A DNA stretch of 63,101 nt, the filler included, from Chiloscyllium plagiosum (Eukaryota), in the NCBI RefSeq assembly GCF_004010195.1. It is 4 parts of one record of this genome, joined end to end, with 100 filler letters (N's around TTAATTAATTAA, not from the genome) between each part and the next. Parts side by side here need not be neighbours in the genome. Positions count along the whole stretch, not along the records: positions 19,185 to 31,986 come from NC_057717.1; positions 32,087 to 53,900 come from NC_057717.1; 2 more parts are not named here. One strand, written 5' to 3'. Positions 22,266 through 35,309 of the stretch are shown here, piece by piece (position 1 is the stretch's first letter; every line of letters begins with the position of its first letter). The translations under genes and the position numbers were made by a program. The notes under the pieces were generated by a model. The model saw only the letters and a program-made list of their open reading frames with translations. It searched no databases and was not told where the DNA came from.

Positions 22266-25200
22266 CCTCCTTCCCCTAAACGCACAAGGCACACCAAGCT
22301 CAGGGCCTTTGCAAAAATCAAAGCCGGCGTGTGCAGGCTTCCTGGAGAGAGAAATAAGCATTTTAAAATTGTAGGAGGAGGGGGAGGTGGCAGTAATATC
22401 ACACATACTGGGCTGAGGGGTCGCAGATGGAGTTTAATTTGGATTAATGCGAGGTATTGGATTTGGTAAATCCAACAAGAGTAGGATCTATACAATTAAA
22501 AGTAGGGTCTTTATCAGTATTATAGAACAGAAGCCAAGGCCGTCAGGTATAATTCTTAAAATTTGCATCTCATATAGATAGTGTGGTTGAGAAGGTAATT
22601 AACACACTTGTCTTCATGGGTAGGACCTTTGAGTATTGGAATTGGGAAGTCATGTTGAGGTTGTACATGGGTGAGGCCTCTTCTGGAATATTGTGCCCAG
22701 TTTGGTCACCCTTCCCGCTCATTCCATAGGCGCACCGCACTCTGGGCCCCTAAGGTCACTTTCAAATGTTTCCCCTCTCACCTTGAACCTATTCTCTCTA
22801 GTTTTGATCTCCCCTACCCTTAGAAAATACCTTCACTTTTATATTAGTGACCTTGATATTATTAAACTGGAGAGATTTCAGAAGAGATTCAGCTGGATGT
22901 TGAAGGAAATGGAGGGAGTGAGTTATAAGGAGAAGCTGGGTAGGCTGGGACTTTTTCACTGGAGACTATGAGATTGAGGGGTAACTTTACAGAGGTTTAT
23001 AAAATAATGAGGGGTACAGATAAGCTGAAGTGCTGATGACTTTTCCATTGTGGTGGGGATTCAAAACAGGGATATTTTAAGGTGTGTGGAAAAAGATTTA
23101 CAAAAGTCATGAGACATAACTATTATACACAGAAGCTGGCTTGTGTGTGGAATGAACGTCCAGAAAAGTGGTGAAAGCAGGGACAGTTACAATGTTTAAT
23201 GGACATTTAGGTCAGTACATGGATTAAAAGAAATTCAGTTTGGATGGTGCTGTGACCAGCTGCCTTCCTCCTCTCCCTGTCTGAATGAATCCCTATTGGT
23301 ATTCACCATCTGCCAATGCCTGTGCAGTGGCGTAGGGAAGCCAGCAGAGGGGGGGGGCATTTCATCACAGAGACTGCCAGACCTGCCCCACATAGAGACA
23401 CACAGATAAACACACAGCAATTGTTAGGACACCGCGTGAAGCTCATCTGGTAATATTACCTAAACACCAAGAAAAGCTCAATTCGCCTAGAAACCTGTTA
23501 AACTCTGAGGGACAGAGAACTCCAAATTCCACTGTTTAAATAAAAATATCAATAGATTTTTAAACTCTGAATGTGAACATTTTACATCAACTATTCAGAA
23601 CTCTGAGACACCCTTTCTCTTAACTGCGTATTATCCCACTCCAACTCTATAACGATACACACTTTCAGTAAGACACTCATTAAAATCACATAAATGTACT
23701 TTCAAAACCACAGAGCAGATGTTGGTTTTGTGTCTTCTTGGGGCTGTACATTTCCCTGGGCCATTTTCTTTCTGTTTACTGCGGATATGTTCTATATGAA
23801 AAGGTATCTTTAATAGAGAGTGTTTCCTAATCTCATGGATCTGTGTTGATGGCAATATTTTCAAACTTGATTTGGTTTTAGTAATCTGCCGAATAATTTA
23901 AACTGATTGGTAAAATTCGAAATGATGTCCAAAGACCAACCAACTCAGGGATCTATTTCACAGCCAAATGTGACATATTTTCAGTTTTCCTTTACACTCT
24001 GGATCTGCCGTCCTCTCATATACACGGGTGCTTGGAAGCTCGCAGTTGAGAATAGCTTTCCCTCTCTCTTAAAGGTACAGTACACACTTTCAACTTCATC
24101 ACATTAATATCGTGATGTCAATACAGATAAGCAGAGCCTATCCGGATTTCTCTTGCTCCATGGTTTGTCAATATTTCATTCACTGTGTCTGGTGGGTGTC
24201 ACGATTTTTGCTGGTCTGTTGAGAGCATGTCATTATTCGATTCTGTCCGTGGGAATATATCAGCATTTCACTTGCTCACACTCGTGTGTGTGTGGGGCAG
24301 GATTTCAGTTGTTTCATAGGGACTGTGACACTATGACAATCACAATGTTTGTAAATGGCACCAAACCTGGAAGAACTGTGAAGTCNNNNNNNNNNNNNNN
24401 NNNNNNNNNNNNNNNNNNNNNNNNNNNNNNNNNNNNNNNNNNNNNNNNNNNNNNNNNNNNNNNNNNNNNNNNNNNNNNNNNNNNNNNNNNNNNNNNNNNN
24501 NNNNNNNNNNNNNNNNNNNNNNNNNNNNNNNNNNNNNNNNNNNNNNNNNNNNNNNNNNNNNNATTGCCCTTCACTGAATATTGCTCCTTACTCGGTCGGT
24601 GGGACGTGGATGTTTCAGAATCTCTACATGCGGGGTCCCTGTCCTCCCGGATCGGACCAGAGTCTTCCCCACATGGCGGGGGAAGAAAGGGGGTGAGGGA
24701 TTGTATATCGTGTACTCCACCACACGACTTGTCCTTTTCTGTCCTATTCCAGGCTGCTTCTCCTGGAATGGGAGGAAGGGAGGGAGGGTGGGAGTGGGTG
24801 GCCCTGCTGTTTGTGCTGGTGTAGGTGGGATAATGACAAATGGTGAGGTTTTCAGAGGGAGTCTGTCGACAGGGTCATATCCATGCAGTGTTATTGATGT
24901 GGAGGGTAAAGTGGACGGGGTTACAGAGAAAGAGAGAGACAGAGAGAAGGTGCTGCATGCAGCAGTGAGAGTGGTGGAGCATGAGCCTTGTTCAGTGGTC
25001 AGTGAAATAACAGATATACAGTGAGTGTGTGGGAGCTGAGTGAATATGGTGAGCCTTATGCTGACAGAGCGGGGAAGGTTATTGATGCATCTCCTGTATT
25101 GCTGGACATTTCTTCAGACCGCAGATACTGCACTGAGCAGGGTGGTGCGCTCAGACGATGCACGGTGGGTCTGGTGGTGTTGCCCACACCGGAAAGAGAA

Positions 25201-26227
25201 TGGCCCCGCTCAACTAGCTCATTCACCAGGACTTCCGTGCCCCTGTCGACAAACCGTGGTGTAATTGCTCCTTATCTGCCATACTCGTGGTAAACTGTGC
25301 AGGGCAGCTCCGAACTGAGAAAGCTCAACCGTGTGCTCATTGGCCTTTTAAAGATGGCACCAGTGTCAGGGGTCACGGAATATCCAGGGGTCCTCGGGTG
25401 ATAGTGTGTACCTCCAGCCATGAAGGACTCCAATATAGAAAGGTGAAGAACAAATACTCATCTAAAATTCTCCACCATCTGACCTCACACCAATATCCCC
25501 CTTTCCCATCTTTCCTGGGGAATCTGGCTCATGTTACCGGATGCTATCGACGTGTCAACATGTCAGCAGTTTGCAACCTCGGAACACATCCTTCCATGTC
25601 ACTGTTTCTCAGTCTCCCCCCCTCTGTCTATACCCCAAACCCCTCCCATGTGGTGATATCTAAACTGATTCCACCGCCCTCACTCTCTGGCAGTGATGTT
25701 CACACCCACAGTACCCCCTTGTCATTGCACAATGGAGATATGAAGCCGTAAATTGGTGGGAGATGTACATCTTGTTTCTTCCAGTGTGGGCTGTGAGTTT
25801 ACCCACGCTGGTAAGTGATCTAACAAATGTTACTGAGCAATGCGCTGCGGTGGTGTACACAGTCCTTCATACTGGCGGGGGGGGTAACTGCTCCTGGTTT
25901 ACAGATCAATGAACTGGTGTGCTGTACACAGTCCTACATGCTGGGAGGGTAACTGCTCCTAGTTTACAGATCAATGCACTGGGGTCGGGTACACATCCCT
26001 ACATGCTGGAAGGGTAATTGCTCTTGGGTTACAGATTAATTCACGGGGGATCACTGCACAGGTCACTGTGCTGGCCAGCCTATCTGGTTGAGGTTTTTAG
26101 ATGATGCAATGATGTGATCTGTGCAGCTCACCGTGCTGGACAGGTACGTAGCCTGTGCACAGTACATCATGTTTGTGGGGTGGATGGGGGAGAGGTGGGG
26201 AGGAAGGTGATGGAAATGTCAAGGAGT

Positions 26228-26534
26228 TCCCCGGAATGTTCTGTCCCCGACATTCTATAACTGACATTCCATAGAACGTTCTGTTCCCAACATTCTATAA
26301 CTGCCATTCCCCGGAACCTTCTGTCCCTGACATTCTATCACTGACATTCCCCGGAACATTCAGTCCCTGACATTCTATAACTGACATTCCGCGGAACGTT
26401 CTGTTCCCAACATTCTATAACTGCCATTTCCCGGAACATTCTGTTCCCAACATTCTATAACTGACATTCCCCGGAACATTCTGTTCCCAACATTCTATAA
26501 CTGACATTCCCCGGAACGTTCTGTCCCCGACATT
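26228..26534. repeat. 40-bp minisatellite, ~7.5 units
   Basis: Same unit and same flanks as 7781-8697. Confidence 0.95.
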
Positions 26535-28127
26535 GTTTGTGAACGGCTAGACGTCAGTGAATTGACCAAACGATAAGACCCCGAGGGAAAAGATCCCGTT
26601 CCAGGGAGAAGGAGACACTGTTCTGAAGGCCCCTCAGGCAGTTAAAGGGATGAATACATTTTCCCTGCGTTTACATTTTTTCACGACACAGGATTGACCA
26701 CAATTTAGACCAAAAGACAGAAATTCCCAAACTCCCTCTGTCTTCAGGAAACTGGGAGAGAAACCTTCAGGACAGCAACGTTTCCAATCTCCGTATTAGG
26801 AAATGGGGAATACTTACCTGTGCCTGCTCTCGAGTGATCGAGTGTGTNNNNNNNNNNNNNNNNNNNNNNNNNNNNNNNNNNNNNNNNNNNNNNNNNNNNN
26901 NNNNNNNNNNNNNNNNNNNNNNNNNNNNNNNNNNNNNNNNNNNNNNNNNNNNNNNNNNNNNNNNNNNNNNNNNNNNNNNNNNNNNNNNNNNNNNNNNNNN
27001 NNNNNNNNNNNNNNNNNNNNNNNNNNNNNNNNNNNNNNNNNNNNNNNNNNNNNNNNNNNNNNNNNNNNNNNNNNNNNNNNNNNNNNNNNNNNNNNNNNNN
27101 NNNNNNNNNNNNNNNNNNNNNNNNNNNNNNNNNNNNNNNNNNNNNNNNNNNNNNNNNNNNNNNNNNNNNNNNNNNNNNNNNNNNNNNNNNNNNNNNNNNN
27201 NNNNNNNNNNNNNNNNNNNNNNNNNNNNNNNNNNNNNNNNNNNNNNNNNNNNNNNNNNNNNNNNNNNNNNNNNNNNNNNNNNNNNNNNNNNNNNNNNNNN
27301 NNNNNNNNNNNNNNNNNNNNNNNNNNNNNNNNNNNNNNNNNNNNNNNTGCCATGGCGTAGGGTGGGTAGTTAATGAGGTGCGTTCTATAAGATATCACCA
27401 GGAAACTAGCTCGGCCTCGTGCAGACAAGCCCTCTGTCACACTAAATGAAAATTACACAAAAATGAATTATTGTTGGATTCAGCCCAATGAGTTGAAGAC
27501 TCTGCTGACCCCATTCACAGTTACAGAGCTGCAGAACAAATCCTCATTCAAAACTGTCCATCATCTGAACTCACACCTATATCCTGTTCATCATCATTCC
27601 TGGTAATACTGGCTTATATTGCCGGATGCTATTGAAATGTCTATATCTCAGCATTCTGAAAACTATTAACACATCCTTCCATGACATTGTTTCTCAATCT
27701 CACTCTCTTTGTCTAAACCTAAAACCACTTTCATTTACAGTCATGCACAGAGACAGGCCATTCAGCCAAAATTGGTACATAGCAACCAAAATGTCCGTCC
27801 ACATTCACCCATTTCCCTGCACTTGGTCCAATACCTTCTCTGTCTTTCCTATTCATACATTTTTCAAATAAAATGCAGCGAGATTTTGTGACATCAAGAA
27901 AGGCCTCAGGAAAGATCTCGCTGAATCTACCATTCATCTCACCCCGGCACAGAAACAGTTTGACTGGACCTTATAAACAAGGCGTAGAAACAAACGCTGG
28001 TGGGAGATGTGGATTGAAGTAAATACTGCAGGGAAAAAATTGATTACGTAATAAACAGGAAATTAGATAGACAAGCGTTTGCAGGCAAAACCCAACGGGT
28101 CTGGCACCATATGAAAGAAGAATGTCG

Positions 28128-28215
28128 AAAGTGTGGCCCTCGAAGAGCACAGCAGGTCAGGCAGCATCTGAGAAGCAGGAAAGTCTATGCTTCGGTCATA
28201 AGCCCTTCATCAGGA
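28128..28215 (-). mobile_element. Penelope-type terminal repeat with decayed hammerhead core
   Basis: Reverse complement reads CTGATGAagggcttatgaccGAAGcatagac...gatgctgcctgacctgctgtgctc. Confidence 0.65.
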
Positions 28216-28534
28216 AAAATAAGTTCAGAATAGTTTTTGTTTCCGATCTACAGTATATGCAGCTCTTTGTTTTTTTAGATCAGCAATTATCTTGCATGCT
28301 GCAGTATTAATTGACAACTTGATCTGGGAAGAAGTGGAAGGGGTGAGGGAAGAAGAGCAGGCAATGTGTCAGTCACAGCTTAAGGCACTGTCCACCAGAA
28401 TGTGAATCCTGGGGTGATGGTAAAGGAGGGCTTGGCAGAAGCAGTGCACTGCACTGCAATTTGACATCATTTGAACAGATGTGACAGATCCGGAGAAAGT
28501 GGGAGGTTGCAGTCTCTCTCGCAGTTGGTCATTG

Positions 28535-28870
28535 AGTGGCACAGTGGCTAGCAATACTGCCTTACAGCATCAATGACCTGGGTTCGATTTCACCCTTTGG
28601 TGACTCTCTGTGCGGTGTTTGCACCTGATCCCTGTGTATTGCGTCAGTTTCCTCTGCGTGCTTGGTTTTCCTCTCACAGTTCAAAAATGTCCAGGTTAGT
28701 TTCAGTGACCCCACTAAATTAATCCGCAGTATCCAGGGATGTGCAGATTCAGTGGATTGTCTAAGGGAAATGTAGAGTTACCGGGGTAACGTTTGGGTTT
28801 GTTGTTCAGGGTGTTATCTGGAGGGTCGGTATGGACTCGATGAGCCAAATGGCCTGGTTCCACACTGCAG
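28535..28870 (+). mobile_element. HE1/V-SINE-like SINE, strongly decayed
   Basis: A-box tggcacagtgg, B-box ggttcgattt and CR1-like tail. Confidence 0.8.
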
Positions 28871-28939
28871 GGCTCATATAATTTCTATGTAGCTGCCTGT
28901 GTTTGAAAACACTTCCCAGGATGCTACCTATAAGTGCTG

Positions 28940-30500
28940 ACACAATTTGCCTGAACAAAATGTTACACCTTCTGTTTGTCTAACATGAACTCCATCAGCC
29001 ACTCCTCGGCCCTTTAGCCCAATCTGATCACAGTCCCGTTTTACTCTGAGTTAACCATCTTCACTGTCTACTACCTCACCAATTTTGGTGTTATCTGCGA
29101 ACTCAGTAACCATTCCTATTATATTCACATCCAAATCATTTATATATAATGACAAAATCCATTGATCCTTGTGGTACACTGCTGGTCACAGGCGTCCAGT
29201 CCAAACAATTATAACCATCTGCAAACACTTCCTTCGTCTATTACCTTCGAGCCAATTACCTCCAACTCTCCCTGTACATCATGTGACCTCACCATGTTAA
29301 CCAGTTTACCATGCAGAAACTTTTTGAATGCCTTACTAAAGCTCATATTCCATTCCACAGTTCTATTTCTGTGCCTCCATCAATCTTATTCATCACTTCT
29401 TCAAAACACGAAATCAAATTAGTGAGACGCGATTTCCCACATGCAAAGTCATGTTGACAATCGCTAATTGGAATTTACATTTCCAAACACAAGTAAATCC
29501 TGTCCCTCAGAATCCCCTCCAAGAAGTTACCCACCAATGATATCAGTCCCACCGGTCTACGGTTTCCTGGCTTTTCCTTACCAACTGTTCTTAAACAATG
29601 CCACAAACTTCCCTGTGACTGACCATGATACAAGTATCTCAGCCAGAGACCGAACAATTACTTCCCTAGCTTCCCAACAGATCTAGGGTACATCTGATTA
29701 GTTCATGGATCATAGAACAGTGCAGCGCAGTACAGAATCTTGAGCTGTTGATGTTGTGCCGGCAGTTTATCCTACTCTAAGGTCAGACTAACCTTCATGC
29801 CCTTCATTGTACTAAAATCCATGTGCCTAACCAAGAGTCACTTAGCAGGTCAGACGGAGTTAACCATCTTAATGCATTTAAAAATATCCAGCTCCTTATC
29901 TTCTGTAATATGGACAATTTTAAAGATATCACCACTAATTTCCTCAAGTTCTCTATCTTCCATATCCTACTCCACAGTAAATACTGATGCAAAATATTTA
30001 TTTAGTATCTCACCGATCTCCAGCAGTTCCACACATTGGTCACTTTGTTGATCATTAAGGGTTCCTGTTCTCTCCATCGTTACTCTTTTGACCTTAATGT
30101 ATTTGAACAATATCTTTGGATTGTCCCTTATCCTATTTTCGAAAGATATTTTATGTCCCCATTTTGCCCTCCTGGCTTCCCTCTTGAGTATTAGTTTACA
30201 ACCCTGGTACTCCACGATGGACTCACTCGGTCACTACTGTCTATATCTATCATATTCTTCCGCCTTTTTCTTGAACAGAGCCTCAATTCCGTTCGCCATT
30301 CAGCATTTCCTACACCTACCAGCCTTCGCCTGCTCATAAACAGGAACATGCTGTCTCTAGACTCTGCAACGCATTTGTGAAGGCCTCCCACTTTCCTGCC
30401 AATAGCTTCTCCAAAGCAGTTTTTCAAAGTGCCAGCATACAACGTTCAAAGTTGGCCTGAATCAACTTACAACTTTAAAATTTATATCAGGACTATTCTT
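28940..30500 (-). mobile_element. CR1 ORF2 fragment (tether and RT), with nested tail piece at ~29705-29850
   Basis: KREARRAKWGHKISFENRIRDNPKILFKYIK; EKPGNRRPVGLISLVGNFLEGILRDRIY. Confidence 0.85.
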
Positions 30501-31255
30501 CTCCATAAGTATTTTACAAATAATAGTTATTGAATAACAGGCTCAATAAGCAGAATGACCTCCTCCTGTCTCTCTGGAAGAGACTTGAGAGACTGAATGG
30601 CCTTCTCCATCCATTTGTAACAGGCACATGGGGACAGAATTACTTCCTCCTGTTCCTGCGCATCAGTCTCGATGCTCTGAATGAAGTCCCAAGGTTATGG
30701 AAACATTTGACAACAGTGGCCATAAAACCAGGAGCAGCATTACACAATGTCAATGGACAATAAATATATACACTGGTTAATTGCCTCTGGAAATTACCCC
30801 ACCAATCACCTCATGCAGCTGGTCTGTTACTTTTTCACTCTCTCCTCTATAAACCGTATGTAATATATACAGTCCTGCAGTGTTCTTGCACTACTCCCAC
30901 ATACACGGCAGTAAGAATAAGAAGATTGAAAGATTTATCGCCCACCCCTAAGCAATGCCCATCCATTTCACTCACACCCGAGTAAATGTTCCCTTTTATT
31001 GGGATATGAAAAGTGATGGTCTGGAAGGGGTTAACTGGACCTGTTTGTTCAGTGACTGTGATTAATGTTAGTCTCCATGGGTTGCAATTACCCCAGTGGA
31101 CGGTTTCCATCTTTCAATGATAAGTGGGCTCCGTTCAATGTGTTATCCCACAGTATGGTGGGAGCATCGCCGACAGAGTTAACAGGAATCAGCAGCTCCA
31201 GAGAGACGGGGGGAGAGATCAGAGTCTGAGCACAAGAGTCTGGAATGTTTCAACA

Positions 31256-31436
31256 ATGGATCACAATCTGAGAACGTTAGACTGGAATGTCCCAAGAATG
31301 GACAGGAGTTTAAACTGGGATGTTTGGTTTCTTTCTGCATATTATGATTGAGGATCATTATCGTAGCAGATCAAATATGCACTTTACATTTTACAATATT
31401 TTTATTATTCAATCCTGGCCTTCGTTGGTGTACCTG
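31256..31436 (+). pseudogene. GPR139/GPR142-like GPCR coding exon 1 with two in-frame stops
   Basis: MDHNLRTLDWNVPRMDRSLNWDVWFLSAYYD*GSLS*QIKYALYILQYFYYSILAFVGVP-G|GTAAGT. YYxILAxVGVP is the TM1 start; the phase-1 donor at 31437 matches the phase of the exon-2 acceptor type seen at 9257. Stops at 31349 and 31364. Confidence 0.85.
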
Positions 31437-33164
31437 GTAAGTCTCACTGTTCAGTAATTAATTAAATAAATCATGTTTGACAGTAATACTGTTCTTTCAT
31501 TCACCCTACCCTCCTTGCCACTGGTATTGTTCCTGCTGAGACTCTAAATCCAGACATTCACTTGACAAACCACTACTAAATTGTTAATTCACTCTATCCC
31601 ACCTTGCTTCTGGCAGTGTTACTCATGGGTTGCTATGTTGACTTGTTCAGTTACAGCTGTGAACCATGATCCGTTGTATCACTGCACTTGCTATCTAAAT
31701 ATTGAAAGCATTGAGGTCACTATCTTCTGTTCTGGTTACAAACTGCATTTCCTTCCTCTGACTCCATCTCATCCCTGGCCAATATCTGAAGCTGAAATAG
31801 ACAAATGACAAGAGTGGTGATCCCTTTGGCCACGAACCAAATCCTGACACTATACCCTGACCATTCCTAATTGTAACTATTGATAAATCCAGTATATACT
31901 TCACTGGCTCATCCCATCTGCTATTTGAACCGTGAGCTGTGAAATACAGTCTTAAAGATGGCATTCGTCTGTTGCTGACACTCACANNNNNNNNNNNNNN
32001 NNNNNNNNNNNNNNNNNNNNNNNNNNNNNNTTAATTAATTAANNNNNNNNNNNNNNNNNNNNNNNNNNNNNNNNNNNNNNNNNNNNCTAAGGAAATAAGG
32101 GAGTCTATCAAATTGAAATAGAAAGCATACAAATTGGCAAAGGCCAAGGAGAATCTAGGAGATTAGAAAAACTTTAAAGATCCACAGAAAGCTAGATGGG
32201 ATTGAATAGCTATCCCCAGGGCCAGAATAGCAGTTTACACTGCTAGAGGGGAACCTATTATGTGGGGAACATATGGCCTCTGTAATTGTTGAAGCACTTA
32301 ACTGTTACCATAGAGATAATGCTGATCAAGTTAAAACGCACAGCACACTGCAAAAGCTTATAGTCCAACAGCTTTATTTGGAAGTACAACTTGGTGATGT
32401 GTGGTTTTTAACTTTGCCCACCCCGCTACAACACCAGTTCTACCACATCAGCCCCACTGAAACTGAAGTGCCTGTCAGTTACCTAACTGAGCCACAGGGG
32501 TGTGGGGGAGGGGTATGTGATTTAACCACAAAGTGTTGAGCTGAACTCGACTTTTTAACAGCCATTGCCATGGAGATAATATTGAGAGACAGCCTCCATT
32601 CAAAACCACAAAGGTATAAGAATGGGAGCGGCACATCGGCGAGGCGGGGAGTTACCTGATGCTGCCTGGAGGTGTTTTGTATGTACACTATCCAGGTAAC
32701 TGCCATGTCTCATCAATAAAGACTCAAAGAAGGCCTCTCAGAGTTCTGTACCTAGTTATTCCTATCCAGCAGGGTTCAGGAATATGAGTACAAAAACAGT
32801 CAGTCTTCACAGTGGAGGATACGAAGAACATGCCAGTAATTGATAAGGAGACTGAGGAAGGTGAGGACCAAGAAACAACCATCATCACAAAAGCATTAGA
32901 GTTGGGCAAGCTAATGGAGTTAAAGGTAGACAAGTCTCCTTGCTCAGATGAAATACATCCCAGGGTGCTACAAGAGATAGAAGGAGAAATAGTAAATATA
33001 CTTGGAGTCAGAGCATCCTATAGCAGAGGCTGGCCCTTTGGCCCAAACTATCCCATGCTGACCAGAATGTCCATCCACGCGAACCCCATTTCTCTTCACT
33101 TGGCCCATCTGCTTCTCACCCTTTGCTATCCATGTATTTGTCCAAATGTCTTTCACATGTTAAT

Positions 33165-33690
33165 TTAATAGCTGAAACCTACATTACATTCATCACATTT
33201 CCAGTATTTCCCCACGGCGCTGGAACCGACGTGACAACGCCAATGGATTACAATCCTTAATCGATAATTAACTCCTTTGCAACAATCCCGTTTTCATCGT
33301 TTGTTCCATGGTGCAGGTATCCTTGTCTCTTTCTGGTTGCTTGGTAATTAAAACCTTGTCCTCATACAAAACAAATCTGTAACTTAATTGTTCCTGCAAA
33401 ATGTGCCATGTTTTTCAGACATTTAAAAACAAATGAAATCTCTCTCCACAGTCACCACACTAACATGGACTTGGCTGTGTCTCGGTAATTTATTCCAGAC
33501 ACACTGACATTTGAAATATTCACCCACGGACAGAATACACACCTTTCCTTCCACATGAAAAGGCCAATGATATCCAGATCGACACGGATCAAGTAACTAT
33601 CAAAACTGAACATGAAGTTCAATTTGAATTTCTCTTCCACAAATCCGCCATTTCAGTAACGTACAGAGAAAATAAGATACCATCGTTAAT
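33165..33690 (-). pseudogene. Degenerate C2H2 zinc-finger gene exon
   Basis: Minus-strand pieces PC*CGDCGERFH (~33435-33468), DCCKGVNYRLRIVIHWRCH (33231-33287, exact C-x3-h-x5-h-x2-H-x3-H spacing) and GKYWKCDECNVGFSY (~33168-33212); multiple stops and frameshifts. Confidence 0.75.
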
Positions 33691-33905
33691 ACCGGATGGA
33701 TCTTTATAAGACAATGATAGTATTAAGTTGTAGTTCCCTTGTTGCCTCAAAGCTTTAAATCTCAGTCTCACAATTTCTCTCTCTTGTTAACTGAAGACCA
33801 AACCAATCTCCTCACTCCTTTCCTCCACACCCAGTTCTCACACTCCCTCTCCTCTCCTTGAATTCAGCTTCCTAGTTCCTGCCTGCAGGCTAAGAAACAA
33901 AAAAA

Positions 33906-34177
33906 AGGGGTGGCATGATGGCATTGCTGCCCCGCAGCACTAGGGTCCCAGGTTCGATTCCAGCCTTGGGTGACTGTCTGTGTGGAGTTTGCACATTCTC
34001 TCCGTGTCTGCGTGGGATTTCTCCGGGTGCTCCGGTTTCCTCCCACAAACCAAAGATGCGCAGGTCAGGTGAATCGGCCATGGGAAATGGATCTGAGTGG
34101 GTTACTCTTCCGACGGTCGGTGTGGACTGGTTGGGCCGAAGGACCTGTTTCCACAGTGTAGGAAATCTAATCTAATC
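33906..34177 (+). mobile_element. HE1/V-SINE-like SINE with internal deletion
   Basis: B-box ggttcgattcc, core ctccgtgtctgcgtgggatttctccggg and (aatct)n tail. Confidence 0.92.
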
Positions 34178-35309
34178 AAGTCTATTACTCTAACTCGGAG
34201 ATTTCCGGGTGTTGGTGAATCCTCCTCCCACCTCCCAGGGTTTCCTTCCTAGTCAGAACCAAACTGACTTTTTTCCCCAATCTGGAATCTCTTATTTATT
34301 TTCCCCACAACGATAAGAACCATCCTGCACACACTGGCCAAATCATATCTGGTTGAACTAAAATGAAACAAATTAGAATTTTAATTGCAGGCCCATCATT
34401 GTTCCTTTCCATAACATTCCTGAATCTTCACACGAGTTCTGATAACTTTCTGCAAAATGCTCCCCCCACTGATACGCCGACCACATGTCACGATACGAAG
34501 GCTGGGACCATTCCCCTGGGTCCTGTTCTCAGAGGGAGGAAGGGAGGGAGCAAACAATGACTGATTAATCCCACACATCCACAGCCTCCCTCCCTGGCAC
34601 TGACCCATACTGCACATAGGCCAACAATTGGCCAGCACTGTGCCCGTGCACTAGTCTCCCCTCCTACAAAGCATGCTCCAGATCACACAGGAGCCTGGGT
34701 GATTGACAGCAGTTGCTGCCCAAGAGGGCGGGGCTGGAGGACTGGAGTACTGGGACAATTGGATGGTAAACAATAAATGAATGTAGAGGACACTGGGAGA
34801 TGGACAGGTCAGTGAGGGACAGGAGCAGTGCAGCAGCAGGAGGGGATCCTGGACAAACTGAGCAATGGGAGAGTCTGACAGGAGAGAGACTACAGGAAGA
34901 TTGTGTTTGGAGGCTCAGACAGGAACAGTTGGGAGCTTGGGCATGTTTTCCAATCAGCCTCGTCAAAGATGCTGTTACTCAACTTTGAATCCAAACCTCG
35001 TGGTTCAGAGGTAAGGACACTACCGCCGTTTCCTGGTGGGCTAGTGGAATGAAGGGAAGATTTTCTCAGTCTCACTCACATGGAAACTCCATGAGCTCCT
35101 CCCACTTACTGTCTCCGGTGGGGATGGAGGAGACAGAGCAGACGGAAGGGACTGCCTTTCAAAAGGAACGAACCGGCATTGGTGTTATTAACAAGATTCA
35201 AGACACAGTCACTAACACAAAGCTGGTGTACATGAACTTTATCCAGAATATTAACACCTATAATTGGGTGACGCAGACCCCAATGTACAGAGTTAAGTCG
35301 TGGATATAA

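Larger units (their letters stand above)
20690..26847 (+). other. Segmental duplication copy C (ends at an N gap ~245 bp before the expected splice acceptor)
   Basis: 20690-22100 matches 570-2786 with deletions; 22264-23165 matches 5080-6010; 26535-26847 matches 8698-9010. Confidence 0.95.

Noticed and set aside
9257..31436. Joining exon 1 (31.3 kb) and exon 2 (9.3 kb) as one gene
   Set aside because: The order on the + strand is reversed; they can be one gene only if the intervening contigs are mis-ordered.
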